Positions 37,604 through 49,819 of a stretch of 64,000 nt of DNA are shown here, piece by piece. Positions within the stretch are counted from its first letter, which is position 1. Each line of letters begins with the position of its first letter. Made by a program: the position numbers and the translations under genes. A model generated the notes under the pieces. The model did no database searches and was not told the DNA's origin. It saw nothing but the letters and a program-made list of their open reading frames with translations. This DNA comes from Leucoraja erinacea (lineage: Eukaryota), in contig NC_073377.1 in NCBI RefSeq assembly GCF_028641065.1, positions 98,766,001 through 98,830,000 of the forward strand. The letters are read 5' to 3'.

Positions 37604-38896
37604 ATTAGATTGTTCCAACATAAAGCCAGTATGGATTTGAGGCCAAAAGACCATCTGTTTTGTATCTATTCTTTGATTCTGTGAAAATATTGGCATTACG
37701 AGGATTCAGCTATTCGTAATTGCAATGCACTGTGGTCTGATGCATTTAGAACAACATATCCGTCAGTTCTCTGAATCCTAGAACTCAACTTCGTGTCCAG
37801 AAGTGGAAATTAGTTTTAATGGGATTGCCCATCATTACATTGGGGAATTGGTTTACTGGTCCTGTACTAGGTAATGTTTAGAATAGGATCTGAGATATGA
37901 TTTGTTCAATGGAGATTTGTACATTTATAAGGCAAAGGAGAAAGTAGGTTACTACTTTAAATTTGTTATGATTTATTCTCTGTTATGTGTTTTAGTTAAT
38001 TATTTATAATAAATCACTTGAATTTTTAATTATTCACTTTTAACAGTTCTTAAATAACTGCCAAAGTCATTTAAAAGCTTTTAAAATAATCAAGGTTTTG
38101 ATACCTGACAGAGGTATGCCTCAGCTCAGGCCACCAATTATCTCAAGGCAAAATAAAAATAAGACAACATATTTTGAGAAAATGGAAGATGAAACAAGGG
38201 AGGATTTCAAGAGGAATTGCAGACATACCTGAATTGTGTTTATGCACTCATATACGCATGTTAATCCGCGATTTGCTCTGCACAGCTCAAATTCTTCGGG
38301 CATCCAATTAATATATAAAGAATTCATTTATGACCCATCAGTTAAAAATGTTCAATTACATTTTTATTCTATTTATTTTAAAAGCTTGTGTGCCTCCACA
38401 TCCAGGAAAATAAAAATCATGTTCATAAATGTATACGTTATAGGAGCAGAATTAGGCCATTCGGCCATCAAATCTACTCTGCCTTTCAATCAGGCTGATC
38501 TACCCCATTCACCTGCATTCTCCCCATAAGCCCTGACACCTGGGAGTGTGGAATAATTTAATCCAGAAACCTTTACATCAATTTTGTTAAATTAGTATTT
38601 TTAAACCAGTTGTATTTATTCATTTTCTGAGTCTAGACGTTGAGAGTAAGGCTTGCATTTAATGTACTTCTTTAAAGGCTCTCACAAAGGTGTTGAAACA
38701 GAAGACATGTCTGTTTCTTTTTATTATTACTTCAATTTTCTTTTGGATTTCTATATTCATACTTAGTATGGAACAGACTGAAGTAAACATGACATGCTAA
38801 GTACATAATGATAGTGTACTGCTCTGACAGCTGGGTGATCATAGCCTTCTTCCAGTGGTTTTTTATTCACTAATATTGGTCTTTGTTTCCATCTAG

Positions 38897-39126
38897 TCAA
38901 AACGAAGGTCCCAAGGACTGTCTCTGGATCCTATTTATCACTGCCTTAATCGAGCCATACTATGTCAACTATCAAGACCGCATAAGACTGTTCCACAGCA
39001 AGTTTCCCTTTTAGACTCTTTAAGAATCCTGACGGTAAACCGTACTCTTATCCTTGGACCTGGAAATCATGATCAAGAATTCATTGGCTCCCTGGCTCAC
39101 AGCTTACTTAGCCTCTACACTGGAAG
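38897..39126 (+). CDS. WDFY3: WDFY3 exon O (230 nt)
   Basis: atctag|TCA...GGAAG|gtatgt; SKRRSQGLSLDPIYHCLNRAILCQLSRPHKTVPQQVSLLDSLRILTVNRTLILGPGNHDQEFIGSLAHSLLSLYTG. Confidence 0.95.
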
Positions 39127-39261
39127 GTATGTCTTTAGAATTTAATTTTGATGGCATACTCGCAATATGGCAACTCAAAGATTTAATATTGCTCCAACAT
39201 TAGTTCAAGTATTTCGCAAAAAAAAACTTTAAGCTTTGATCAGTGATGAGAAATTAATCGG

Positions 39262-40705
39262 TGACACATTGGTAGAGTTGCTGCCTTAAAGCACTTACAG
39301 TGCCAGAGACCCAGGTTCGATCCCGACTACGGGTGCTGTCAGTATGGAGTTTATACGTTCTCCTGGTGACCGCGTGGGTTTTCTCCGGGATCTTTGGTTT
39401 CCTTCCACAGTCCAAAGACGTTCAGATTTGTTGGTTAATTGGCTTGGTATAAATCTAAAATTGTCCCTAGTGTGTGTAAGATAGTAGTAACTAGACTAAG
39501 TGGAACCTGTTGGGTCCTAGTCACACGGGAGGCCTGGTACCCCAAAGCAACCCGTTCTCCCAACGCAATATTCCACCACACACCCATAGCCCCTAACTGC
39601 GCAGGCACGACTCATTTCACCTCATCCCCCAGCAGTCCCTCCCCCTCCTCTTCATGTGTGGGAGGAGGGGAGGGGGGGATGTGGTGTGTGGGGAGGGGAT
39701 GTGAGTGAGCGGGGGAGGGGTGTGGGCATGGGGAGGGGTATGGGGAGGTGTGTGAGCGGGATATGGGGTTGAGGGGTGTGAGGGTGGGGCGGAGTGGAAT
39801 GAGGACAGGGGAGGTGTGTGAGGGCGGGGGTGGGGGGGGGGGGTAGTGTAGTGTCGGAGGGGAGGGGTATGAAGGTGGAGGGGTTGTGGGCGGGGAGGAG
39901 GGGGGAGAGTGCTCGGAGAAAAGACGGGGGAAGGGGGAGGGGGGATGTCACGGGGAAGGGGGGCAGGAGCCAGCGAGGGGGACCAAAACAGAATGGGCTT
40001 GGAATTGGCATTGCGATGGGGACTCACAGCGGGCGCTGGTCGCGGGTCATTCTCCTCCGCCGGGATCAGAGTCTACGCTTTCTATTTGGCGACATCTCCG
40101 ACTCCGCGCCGGGCTGGGCTGCTTCCGATCCCTCCGAAATTGTGTCCGGTTGGAGACCTCCGCTGGCCATCCAGAGTGTCCCTCAGTTCCAGTAAAGACG
40201 CGATGGGGCAGGAAGGGGCAGACTGTCCCACGGAATGACAGGAGAAGAGACTATTCCGCGCAGCGCTGACTGGCAGGAGAGGAGATCGATCTGCCCATGC
40301 GCGGTTTTTAAACCTTGCTAACTTTTACAATAGACCACCGATTCCGATCTTTGTGCACTCGCTGCACAGGAGAACGGTGAGTGAGCTGGCGAAAAATCGT
40401 AGCGTTATCGGGACTAGAGACGGAAATTAGCTACTGATTGGCTACAATCTCGCATATTTACATGCAAAATGTTAAATAATATGCACTGTCCCTATAAACA
40501 AAACATTTATTATTATTATTATTATTTTTGCTCAAATTAAAAAAACGCTCAAACCGGAAGATATCAAGATCAAGTTTTAGTTATTTATATATGGATGGAT
40601 GGATGGATGGATGGGGGTATGTATGTATGTGCAGGGATTGCTGGTCAGTGCGGACTCGGTGGTCCATAGGGCATGTTTCCGCACTGTATCTCTAAACTGA
40701 ATCTA
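39262..40705 (+). mobile_element. V-SINE split by a Helitron insertion
   Basis: Head and core at 39262-39490; tail resumes at ~40625-40705. Confidence 0.8.
39491..40595 (-). mobile_element. Non-autonomous Helitron
   Basis: Minus strand ends with an imperfect GGACCC-AAC-AGGTTCC hairpin, then ACTTAGT-CTAG|T; starts A|TC in an AT-rich terminus; G-rich and GC-rich interior. Confidence 0.72.
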
Positions 40706-41291
40706 TTACCAGTGTTTTGTAACAAACATGTTGGACCAATGTTTCATGGAGCTGATCTGCTCTAAACCTGGCTCGATTGGAAAGATTGATCCTGCCTGTC
40801 TTGCACACTTGAGCTGAGCAGCAATAGGACTCTGGTAGTGTAGCACTGAGCACTGAGCCCTGGGCCCAGATCATCCGAGGCAGAATTTGTGATTTCTTCC
40901 CAAGTTATCCCTGTTGACCATGATGCCTATGTAAACTAATTATATTTTCCTGGATCCCTCTGTCTTTCCTATCTAAGTATCTGTCTAAGTGCATTGTAAG
41001 CATAATAGTACGTGCCTAAATGCCATTCGGGATCCCATTCTGACATCATTGTAACGCAGCTGACGGGCAAGGCAAGTAGAAAAGTCATTTAAAATGTGAT
41101 TTTTGTAAAGTTTAAAATGTCAATAACTTGAAAATATACCATCAATCTGAACAAAACTTGTTTCATCACAGGACAATGGCGAGTAAGGTGGGCCAAAAAT
41201 TGTAGCGTTATTGTGTACCGTTTTGGCGGGGCTTTGAGATATCATGCACATGCACGCATACAAACAAACAAGATGAGAGTTTTAGTAATTA

Positions 41292-41652
41292 CTAGACCGT
41301 TAGGGTCCCGTCCCCTCAATGCGCGGTTGCAGCTAGAGATGGAGGAGGTAGAGATAGAAGTTAGGGAGATAGATGGCACAGAGAGAGAGGGCAGAGAGAG
41401 AGAGGGGGGTAGAGAGAGAGAGGGCGGCAGAGAGAGAGAGAGAGGGCGGCAGCGAGAGAGGTAAGAGAGAGAGAGAGGGCTGAGAGAGAGAAGACGGAGA
41501 GAGAGGGCAGCGAGAGAGGACAGAGAGAGGGCAGAGAGAGGACAGGGGCATAGTTTGGAGACCCCTGGTATACAGAGTCACCGGTTTGGCACCATTTCCA
41601 ATTCTCAGTTGTAAGTGCAGAGGTCTTGACCTGACCATGAAGGTCTGTTTCT

Positions 41653-41688
<36 letters not shown>

Positions 41689-42952
41689 GTAGTGTGAGGG
41701 CAGGGAGAGAGAGAGAGAGAGAGGCCAGAGAGAGATGAGCAGAGAAGGGCAGAGAAAGAGAGAGAGGCAAAGACAGAGAGAGGGCAGAGACAGGGAGACT
41801 ACTGGCGGGCGTGGGGCGGCTTCTTTTTGGCCCCAGTCACGGCCCCATCCCAAACCCTGGGTTTGGCCCTCGCTCCAGGCTCTGCTCCAGCCCGGGCAGC
41901 AGCCTCCCCACCAGGCGCTGGGCAGCGGACATGGACTCGAGGGAGGCCACGGGCGGGCATCGACCCGAGGACCCCGAGCGGGCGTCGAGCCAGACTTGGC
42001 CCGCGGCAGCAGCCTCCCCACTAGGAGCCGGACCCGAGTGAGGCCGCGGCTGGTGGAGTCTCTAAGTGAAAAACGGAAGTCTTTTAAGAACAATAAAAAG
42101 CAATGTTAATGTATTAACATTTTCGAAGTATTATTGAAACAGTAAGCACAAAAATAAATCAACAGCGAAGTCTTTTGAAAGCTGTCAAAAATCTGTCAAA
42201 AACCGCAAAGTAAAAAACCGCAGGGTTAAACTTTTAAAATTGTAAAGAAATTCGGACTATAAAGTGATAAACCAGGAAGTCTTTTAATAAATGTAATATT
42301 GAAGTGAAAAACAGGGAATTCTTGTAACAACAATAAAACCAATGTAAGAAAATAGCGAGGTATTTAAAAAAAAATTTAAATAGCGAAAAACCGCTAAGTC
42401 TTTGAAAATAAATGTTATCTTTAAGAATTAGTACAATTAAGTGAAAAACCGGGAAGTCTTTTAAGAACAATAAAAGCAATATAAACAAAAAAAAATGAAG
42501 ATCAATCGGTCAAAAATTGCGTTCATATTTAAAGAAGTGGAAGTCAGCATGAAGCATCATTCATCAAAGTGAGAATGACCGTTGGGGAGGTGGTGAAGCA
42601 TTTGAAGAATGTTCTGCAAATGCTGCCCTATTGAAATGGGAAAAATGTCGGCGTTTTTGGAAGGGAGCCGGGCGGGAGCAGCCGTAATGCTCGCTGGCCA
42701 GAGGAGGCGAAAAAATGAGTGGGGTTGGGGGGGGGGGGGGGGGGGGAAAGGATTTTACTAAAAATGTGTGCCGAAAAATGACTAAATTTAATGAGTGGAT
42801 GAGCGAATGTAAAGGTGAAATCGCTAGCGAAATGGTAAAAATCTCGGCGTTTTTGCGTGTGGTTTTGGCGGTGTAACGAATCAAAGGGCAAAAATATGAG
42901 GGCAGAAATAAATATGAATACACACACAGTTTTAAAAGTATATAGATATAGA
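41292..42952 (-). mobile_element. Non-autonomous Helitron, apparently nested in the 5' end of another Helitron piece (~41000-41290)
   Basis: Minus strand 3' CTAG|T with hairpin remnant; 5' A|TCTATATCTATATACT; contains (GA)n tracts, G35 and repeated AAGTGAAAAAC-GGAAGTCTTTTAAGAACAATAAAA units. Confidence 0.7.
41653..41687 (+). repeat. Poly-G run (35 G) within GA-rich low-complexity tract (~41340-41790)
   Basis: Direct count. Confidence 0.9.
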
Positions 42953-44254
42953 TAGATGTTAGCACATAAATATATATATTTATTAAAAGTTGGCAATTGT
43001 CACAAATGAGAAAAATTGAGTTTAAAATGTATTTCAGATTAAATAACTTTCCAGTTTTTGGAGAATCCACAGTAAGATAATGCATGGAATTACAGCAGTA
43101 TTCCATGCATTGTAAACTGCAAAATTGGTACATTGGTAAACTGTATTTTAAACTAAAATGATCAGTTTAGTGATGGCCATGTATACTCAAGAAAATCCAA
43201 TGGAACTTTGGAAAATAAAATACATAATCTTTGGTTCGGCCTACTCCTGCCTTCCAAAAATTATTCATGCCTTACTTTTTTTTAAATGGTGATTTTTTTT
43301 AATGACATGAGCAATTGAATCTATGAATTTGATTTTTTTATTTGCTGGATTTAAGTTCAACAATGTCAGAATGGCCATCTGTGCTTCTTAGGATGACATA
43401 ACAGAAGTGATAGGAGTAGTATTAGGCCTTTCGGCCCATCAAGTCTATTCCACCATACAATCATGGCTGATCTATCTCTCCGTCCCTCCTTCTGCCTTGT
43501 CCCCAGAACGTCAGACCCCTTAATGGAGGTTGTAGGAAATATAATGGAATCCCTGCCAAAAGAAAAAAAGGAAGAACATCTCCAAACAAACAATAGTGAT
43601 TAGTCAGCAAGTATTTTAAAAGAGTAAATCCTGCCATATCAACTTGTGGAAGTTATAGAGTGAATAACCAATGTCTATGCAGTTTATCAAATCTTTTGAC
43701 GTAACAAAAAACTTTTCCCTGTACCTCGGTACACGTGACAATAAACTGAACTGGACTACCTCGTATTAACTCATAATGGACTAATGAACAAAGTCAGAAT
43801 GTGATGGCAATAGCAAACTGCAATGCTAGGTGGCTTCAGAACAGAAAACAGAATGTCTATCCACAGAAGGTGGGAATTAGTGAAGTATTATCATTGGAAA
43901 TACTGCTGGTCACTGTTTGCATCATGATTTACACTCTGGAATTTGCAAATTTTCAGATTACACCAATTTGGGCTGATTGTCAATACTGAGTACAATTACC
44001 ACAATTTATATACAAGTATACTTGTAGAATAGGTGTAAATGTCAACACAGTTGATTAAGTAGTGCACTTTGGTAAAACGAATAGAGAGATTATATTACTT
44101 GGAAAAGGGCAATCTAGTCAGTGGCTTATTGTGACTTGTGATACTTGAGCTCCTTTCAAACATTTATAAGCTCCTCACCATGAGATATAAAGGTCCCACC
44201 CCACCCACCCTTACCGGTCGGTTATCCTTGGTTCTGAAAACTCGTGCTTACGTT

Positions 44255-44566
44255 TTCTGCTGACTAAAATTACCTACAACTACCTCGACTACCCATAACT
44301 ACATGGCGACCCCACTACAACTGCATCTACAACTACAGGATTATCGATTTTCTCCATGGCGACCAATTTTTGGTCACATAAAAATTTTCAACGTTGAAAA
44401 ATTTGCGGCGACCATACTGAGGCCACGACTAGTTCCCAGAATGCGGGAACTCCTCGCGACCATGAAGGAGACTCACCAGAGACCACCAGCGAACATGTGG
44501 CGACCATGAGGCGAGCTCAGAGTCTCCTGCACTCGCCTAAAAAGTCGCCTAAGTGGGACAGGCCCT
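44255..44566. mobile_element. PIF/Harbinger-type MITE, right half
   Basis: Ends AAGTGGGACAGGCCCT-TAA; same TIR family as 49820-50725. Confidence 0.7.
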
Positions 44567-45503
44567 TAAATATCTCTTCCACATCATCTTATCAAACTCA
44601 ATCTCATTTGTCATCTTGACAATGGCGATTTTTACATTTACATTCCAGGAAATTGTGCATACACTCTGGGCTTTTTTTTTTTCCGTACACCATTTCACAA
44701 GTGTTATGATATCCTATGAAGCACTGATGGCCATCTTGATATTGTGCATATGGATGGTCCCATTGATGAAGTACAGCAAATCAAATGAGCTTCTGCAGAT
44801 CTTTCCAAACTTGTCACCTGCAAAGGCATCAGGCTTGTGGGGATGTCGCCATTTCTAAGTCCCCCTCCATGTCATGCAACTTTTTAAGTTATAATTATGT
44901 CATCCTTCCTTTGTTGTGGGGTTAGAATTTTGCAAGTGTGTACCAAATATTCTTTATGAGGACTGCAGTGGTTTGTCCTCACTTGCTCAAAGGCTATCAA
45001 GGGAGTACATTAAATGTTATCCTGCCACCAATGCTGAATACTCTTTCTCTATAATATCACCTGCATCTATCCTGCTTTCACTTTTTTCTGCTGAAGCCTT
45101 CTTTTGCTTTTGTTATCTCTAGGGGACAGGTATTTCATTGTTTCCGTGACTAATTGTATCCCTTTTATCTTCAAGCAAAACAGCCAATGTTCTGCTCGCC
45201 TTTTCTTTCATTCTTTTACTTTCTCTCTTCAAATATTATGATAACTTTAAATGAAATATCAGATGAGGGCTGCTTTGGGGGGTTACATTTTCAATGCTAC
45301 AATTGACATGGTTAAATTGTGACTAGTTGAATGGATGGTGAAAATATGTGGATCTTGCAGGTTTGTTCATTTTTATGGTTGAAATGGTCTTTTTTTTGCA
45401 ATGCTTCTTTGATATATATTGATTATTGAATATATTGATATGTATTTCACAGGAACTGTTTCTGCATTTGCATTGTTATTGTGATTTTTTTTTAATCTTG
45501 CAG

Positions 45504-45613
45504 TAGCCTCGAAGGGTTTGGTCTAGAAGCAGAAGCCAGAATGACAACATGGCACATCATGATACCTTCTGATCTAGAACCAGATGGAAGTCATAGCCAA
45601 GATATTAGTGAAG
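45504..45613 (+). CDS. WDFY3: WDFY3 exon P (110 nt; NAGNAG acceptor)
   Basis: ttgcag|TAG...GAAG|gtaaat; SLEGFGLEAEARMTTWHIMIPSDLEPDGSHSQDISEG. Confidence 0.93.
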
Positions 45614-46249
45614 GTAAATTAGAAATTAAAATATTCAAATATTATAAAATGTTTAGGTAGAAACTTTCCCAGACCTTTTCTCACTTGCTGCTCTATGTTT
45701 ACCATAGTCAAGTAAATTTTGAAAGAATTAGTTGTTGGAAAATAACAAGAATAATTAAAAGCAATGTGTTAAATAATTCTGACATGCCATTAATATACTC
45801 TTCCTTTTTATTTGTGACTTTTAGTTTCTTTATAACTTAGAGGTTATTTCTTCTTTAAAAAAAACACATTGATTTCAAAATGGGGAACAATGAAATAAAC
45901 CATTAGATTCAAACGGAAATATTCTTGATTTATTTTTGTGAAAACCTGTTTCCAGTGCATTTATCAGTAACATCAGCTCTTCAAAATCCTCTGCTTCAAC
46001 AATTACTTCTCCCAATTAGCATGAGAGCGACCTGAGGTGTGCTAAAACTGGCAATAGAAATCAGAGAATCGGGCATCTGCATTCAAACAGTATTTGAAAT
46101 TAGAAAGGTTCTGAAATGGAGATTTTAAATTGAATTGGGAATTGGAGGAGAGATTGGCCTCTGAAGAGAGATATGGAATTTGCTTCAGTTAGTAAGAAAT
46201 TGGAGCATGTAGAATATTTTAACATGTAGGAATTGAATTAGGGCCTATA

Positions 46250-46503
46250 AGGGGTGGCATGATGGAGCAGCAGTAAAGTACAGTGCCAGAGACCCGGGTT
46301 CGATCATGACTTCTGTATGGAGTTTATCCGTTCTCTTCATGACCTGCGGGTTTTATCCAAAGATGTACAGGTTTGTAGGTTAATTGGCTTCGGTAAAATT
46401 GTAAATTGTCCCTAGTGTGTGTAGGATAGTGTGAATGTGTGGGGATCGCTTGTTGGCGCGGACTCGGTGGGCCGAAGGACCTGTATCTTTAAATTAAACT
46501 AAA
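46250..46503 (+). mobile_element. V-SINE (internally deleted)
   Basis: GACCCGGGTTCGATC B-box, CCAAAGATGTACAGGTTTGTAGG core, AAACTAAA tail. Confidence 0.82.
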
Positions 46504-46519
46504 GTTAATTTTAACGGTA

Positions 46520-46712
46520 GGCACAAATTGCTAGCTTAACTCAGCGGGTGAGGCAGCATCTCTGGAGAAAAGGAATGGGCGACATTTCGAGTCGAGACCC
46601 TAAAAAGTCAGCCATTCCTTTTCTCCAGAGTTGCTGCCTCAACCGCTGAGTTACGCCAGCATTTTGTGTCTACCTTCGATTTAAACTAGCATCTGCGGTT
46701 CTTTCTTACACA
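46520..46712. mobile_element. PLE-derived fold-back insertion with perfect 15-bp TSD
   Basis: TTAATTTTAACGGTA at 46505-46519 and 46713-46727; ~75-bp inverted arms centred on 46594-46595. Confidence 0.88.
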
Positions 46713-48039
46713 TTAATTTTAACGGTAATGTGACACATACTTGAATTGGCTTAGATACAAAATCATTTGAGGTTTGATGTGGCCTCTTTCACTATTATTA
46801 TGTTAAATATTGGGTCTGAGCATAGAATCATTTAGTTTAGTTGTTGTGGAAGTAAATTTAAGAAATGTGGGTCCTGCTTTATTGGAATTCCTTTAACATA
46901 GCGAAGCACCCAGAAGTATTTTGTGGGAACATATTCTAACAAGAATAGAACTAAGCCAAAATTTGGGGATGGAACAATTAATTGCTTGGTCTGGACACTT
47001 CAGGGTGAGTAATTTGGAACTATTAAGGAAGAAAATTCCTGTGGGTTTAAGTCACATTTGGATGGGTCAAAATGAGTAGATTTATTAGGCTAAGAAAATT
47101 ACTGTGCTTGAGTTTCACAGAAGTATAAACACATTTGCGGAACTCTTATGGGTCAGAAAATGAGTTGGGAAGATTTACCTCTCTTAGAAAGTGCCTACTA
47201 AAGGGGTTGAAGCAGTAAATTACTGTGATTCTCTGACAGGCCCAGAGACCACAGATGGATTTGACTATATGTAATTAAAAGCTCAATTAAAGAGCTGCAG
47301 ATCTGGTTTTACCACACATTTCAAGGAGATTATATTACTGACAATGAGGCAGTGATTGATAGGAAAAAAACAAAACTAAAACCAAATTTAAAAAAAGATA
47401 TCAAAAATCAGAAATAAACCCATAAAATACTAGAAACACTCAGCAATTTGGGCAGTATCTATAGAAAGGGAAACCAAGTATACAGACAATAGACAATAGG
47501 TGCAGGAGTAGGTTATTCGGCCCTTTGAGCAGTACTAGTTGTTTTGAGTATAGTTTCAAGTAGTACGTTGTTTCTCTTTACATTCGAAATTGGAAAAAAA
47601 AAGGCAACAAGTTTGTTTCATGAAAGAGTGGGGAAATGATGAAGAGGGCAAAGTGCTTTTTTCTGATGATGTGAAACCAGGGTTGCCTTAGTGATATGTT
47701 GTTGATGAAGTCATTTGGTTGGTAGGTTAATGAGGTCTGTTGGACGGAAAAAATTCAAAAGAAATATGGAAAAGCTGTGAAATGCAGGTCAGGATTATAC
47801 GAAATGCTCGCAGAACAGTAGTACTCTTCACTGGAACTGAATTACACGACGGACAAATAGCCTACAACAGTTTGTTCCAGCAATCTGATACCATATGGAT
47901 TAAAATCATTTCTTGTGTACTGGTTTTACTTCTAATTTTTACGAACTAAAATCAAGTATGTTCTCAACAATGTCTGAAGATGAATATGTTGTGCAACTTG
48001 GAGCACTAAGGAAAATGAGTCAGGGTCAGACTTGTCTGA

Positions 48040-48925
48040 AAGAAATCTATATTAATGATATGGATGAGAACATACCTAGCAAGATTAGCAAGTTTGCAGA
48101 TGATGTAAAAATTGAAGCAGTGTCTTGATCGCTTGGCCAGGTGAGCCAGGGAAGGTAGATGAAATTTAACACAGAAATGTGCGGTGTTGCATTTTGGACA
48201 GACAGTCTAACGTGGGCAAGACCTACACAGTGAAGCAGAGGGATCTAGGAGTGCAAGTACATAGTTCCTTGACGGTGGCATCACAGGTAGATGAGGTGGT
48301 CAAAAAGCCTTTTGCCACATTGACCTTCAGACTGGCTTTATGTTGGAACAATCTAGTTGAAACATAGAACCAAAGAAACATAGAACAGTAGGAGGAGTAG
48401 GCCATTCGGCCCTTCGAGCCAGTACCGCCATTCAATATGATATTAGCTGATCATCTAACATCTGTACACCGTTCCTGCTTTTTCCCCATATCCCTTGATT
48501 CCTTTAGCCCTAAGAGCTAAATCAAACTCTCTCCAGAATTCCATGGTGGGCAGGAGCCTGAGGTGTGATCTTCTAGACGTGTATCAAATTATGAGAATAA
48601 TAGATCCGGTAGACACACAGAGTCTCTTTCCCTGAGGGGGGGAATCGAGAATCAGAGGGCATAGATTTAAGGTGAAGGGGGAAAGATTATATAGGAATCA
48701 TAGGGGTTACCTTTTCACACAAAGATTGGTGGGTGTATGGGACGAGCTGCCGGATGAGGTAGTTGAGGCAGGGACTATCACAACACTTACGAAGCAATTA
48801 GACAGACATGAATAGGACAAGTTTAGAGGGATATGGGCAAAACACAGGCAGTAATGACTTATGTAGGTGGGACATATTGGTCAGTGTGGGTAAATTGGGC
48901 CGAAGCGCCTGTTTCTACACTATGA
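48040..48925 (+). mobile_element. CR1 3' fragment with nested opposite-strand CR1 tail (~48361-48535)
   Basis: IYINDMDE..SKFADD, QRDLGVQVHSSL; nested AAACATAGAA tail. Confidence 0.82.
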
Positions 48926-49047
48926 CTCGAAGCAAACGTATTCTAACTGATTTTGTATTAAAGGCACTGTATTTCTGTAAACTTCAAATTTTAAATTGCA
49001 TTTAAAACTATTTCTAATGTATTATATCGAATTATATCTAATTTTAG

Positions 49048-49230
49048 GTCGACAGCTACTTCTCAAAGCTGTGAATAGGGTTTGGACTGAACTGATTGTC
49101 AGCAAAAAACAAGCTTTGGAGGAGATTTTCAAAGTAACACTACCTACAAATGAGCGTGGACTGGTGGACTTGTCCACTGCTCGTCCACTCATTGAAGATG
49201 CAGCTTTAAAGTGCTGGCAGAATCATATGG
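49048..49230 (+). CDS. WDFY3: WDFY3 exon Q (183 nt)
   Basis: ttttag|GT...ATGG|gtgaga; RQLLLKAVNRVWTELIVSKKQALEEIFKVTLPTNERGLVDLSTARPLIEDAALKCWQNHM. Confidence 0.95.
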
Positions 49231-49819
49231 GTGAGATGTAAATTAATGTTGACGTTAAATAATCACATATGGATAACTGACTTGTGCAACTTTATTAAGT
49301 CACAGCAAAAATTGTTGGGAATAGCACTAAAAGGCATCAATAATTTTGACATCTGTTTCTGCTGTTTCGATTAGGCTGGAAGTTCAAAGAGATGGGTTGG
49401 GGTGCAATTAGCAAGGTGAAAGAAAGATACTGTTAATTAAAATATATATTTATGTTGAGTAACGTAGAACTTAACTTAAAAGTTTATTAGTTGGTAAAGA
49501 TTAATTTATTTAAATTTTTAATTTCATTTCTTAAAAAATGTTGAATTTGATGCCACCAGTGAAATAAATTACATGGGATTTTTATTATTGAGAAATTGAC
49601 CAGATATATTTGTAAGATATTCTAAAACCTTGCCACTGGCAGCTATCTGTAGAACAAAGTAGCTTTATGTCAATATTATGAAGTTTTATGCAAAAAACGG
49701 TTAATTATATTGAGGGTTGTCTAATATTCATCTTGGAAATGTGCTAAAATGTTCTGCCTTATGTACATTGACCCATTCTCTTCCAAGATTAAATGTATCG
49801 CTTCAATAAGAACACCATA

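Noticed and set aside
39617-42109. Pro/Gly/Arg-rich ORFs of 100-160 aa
   Set aside because: They arise from low-complexity G- and GA-rich Helitron interiors; no recognisable domain.
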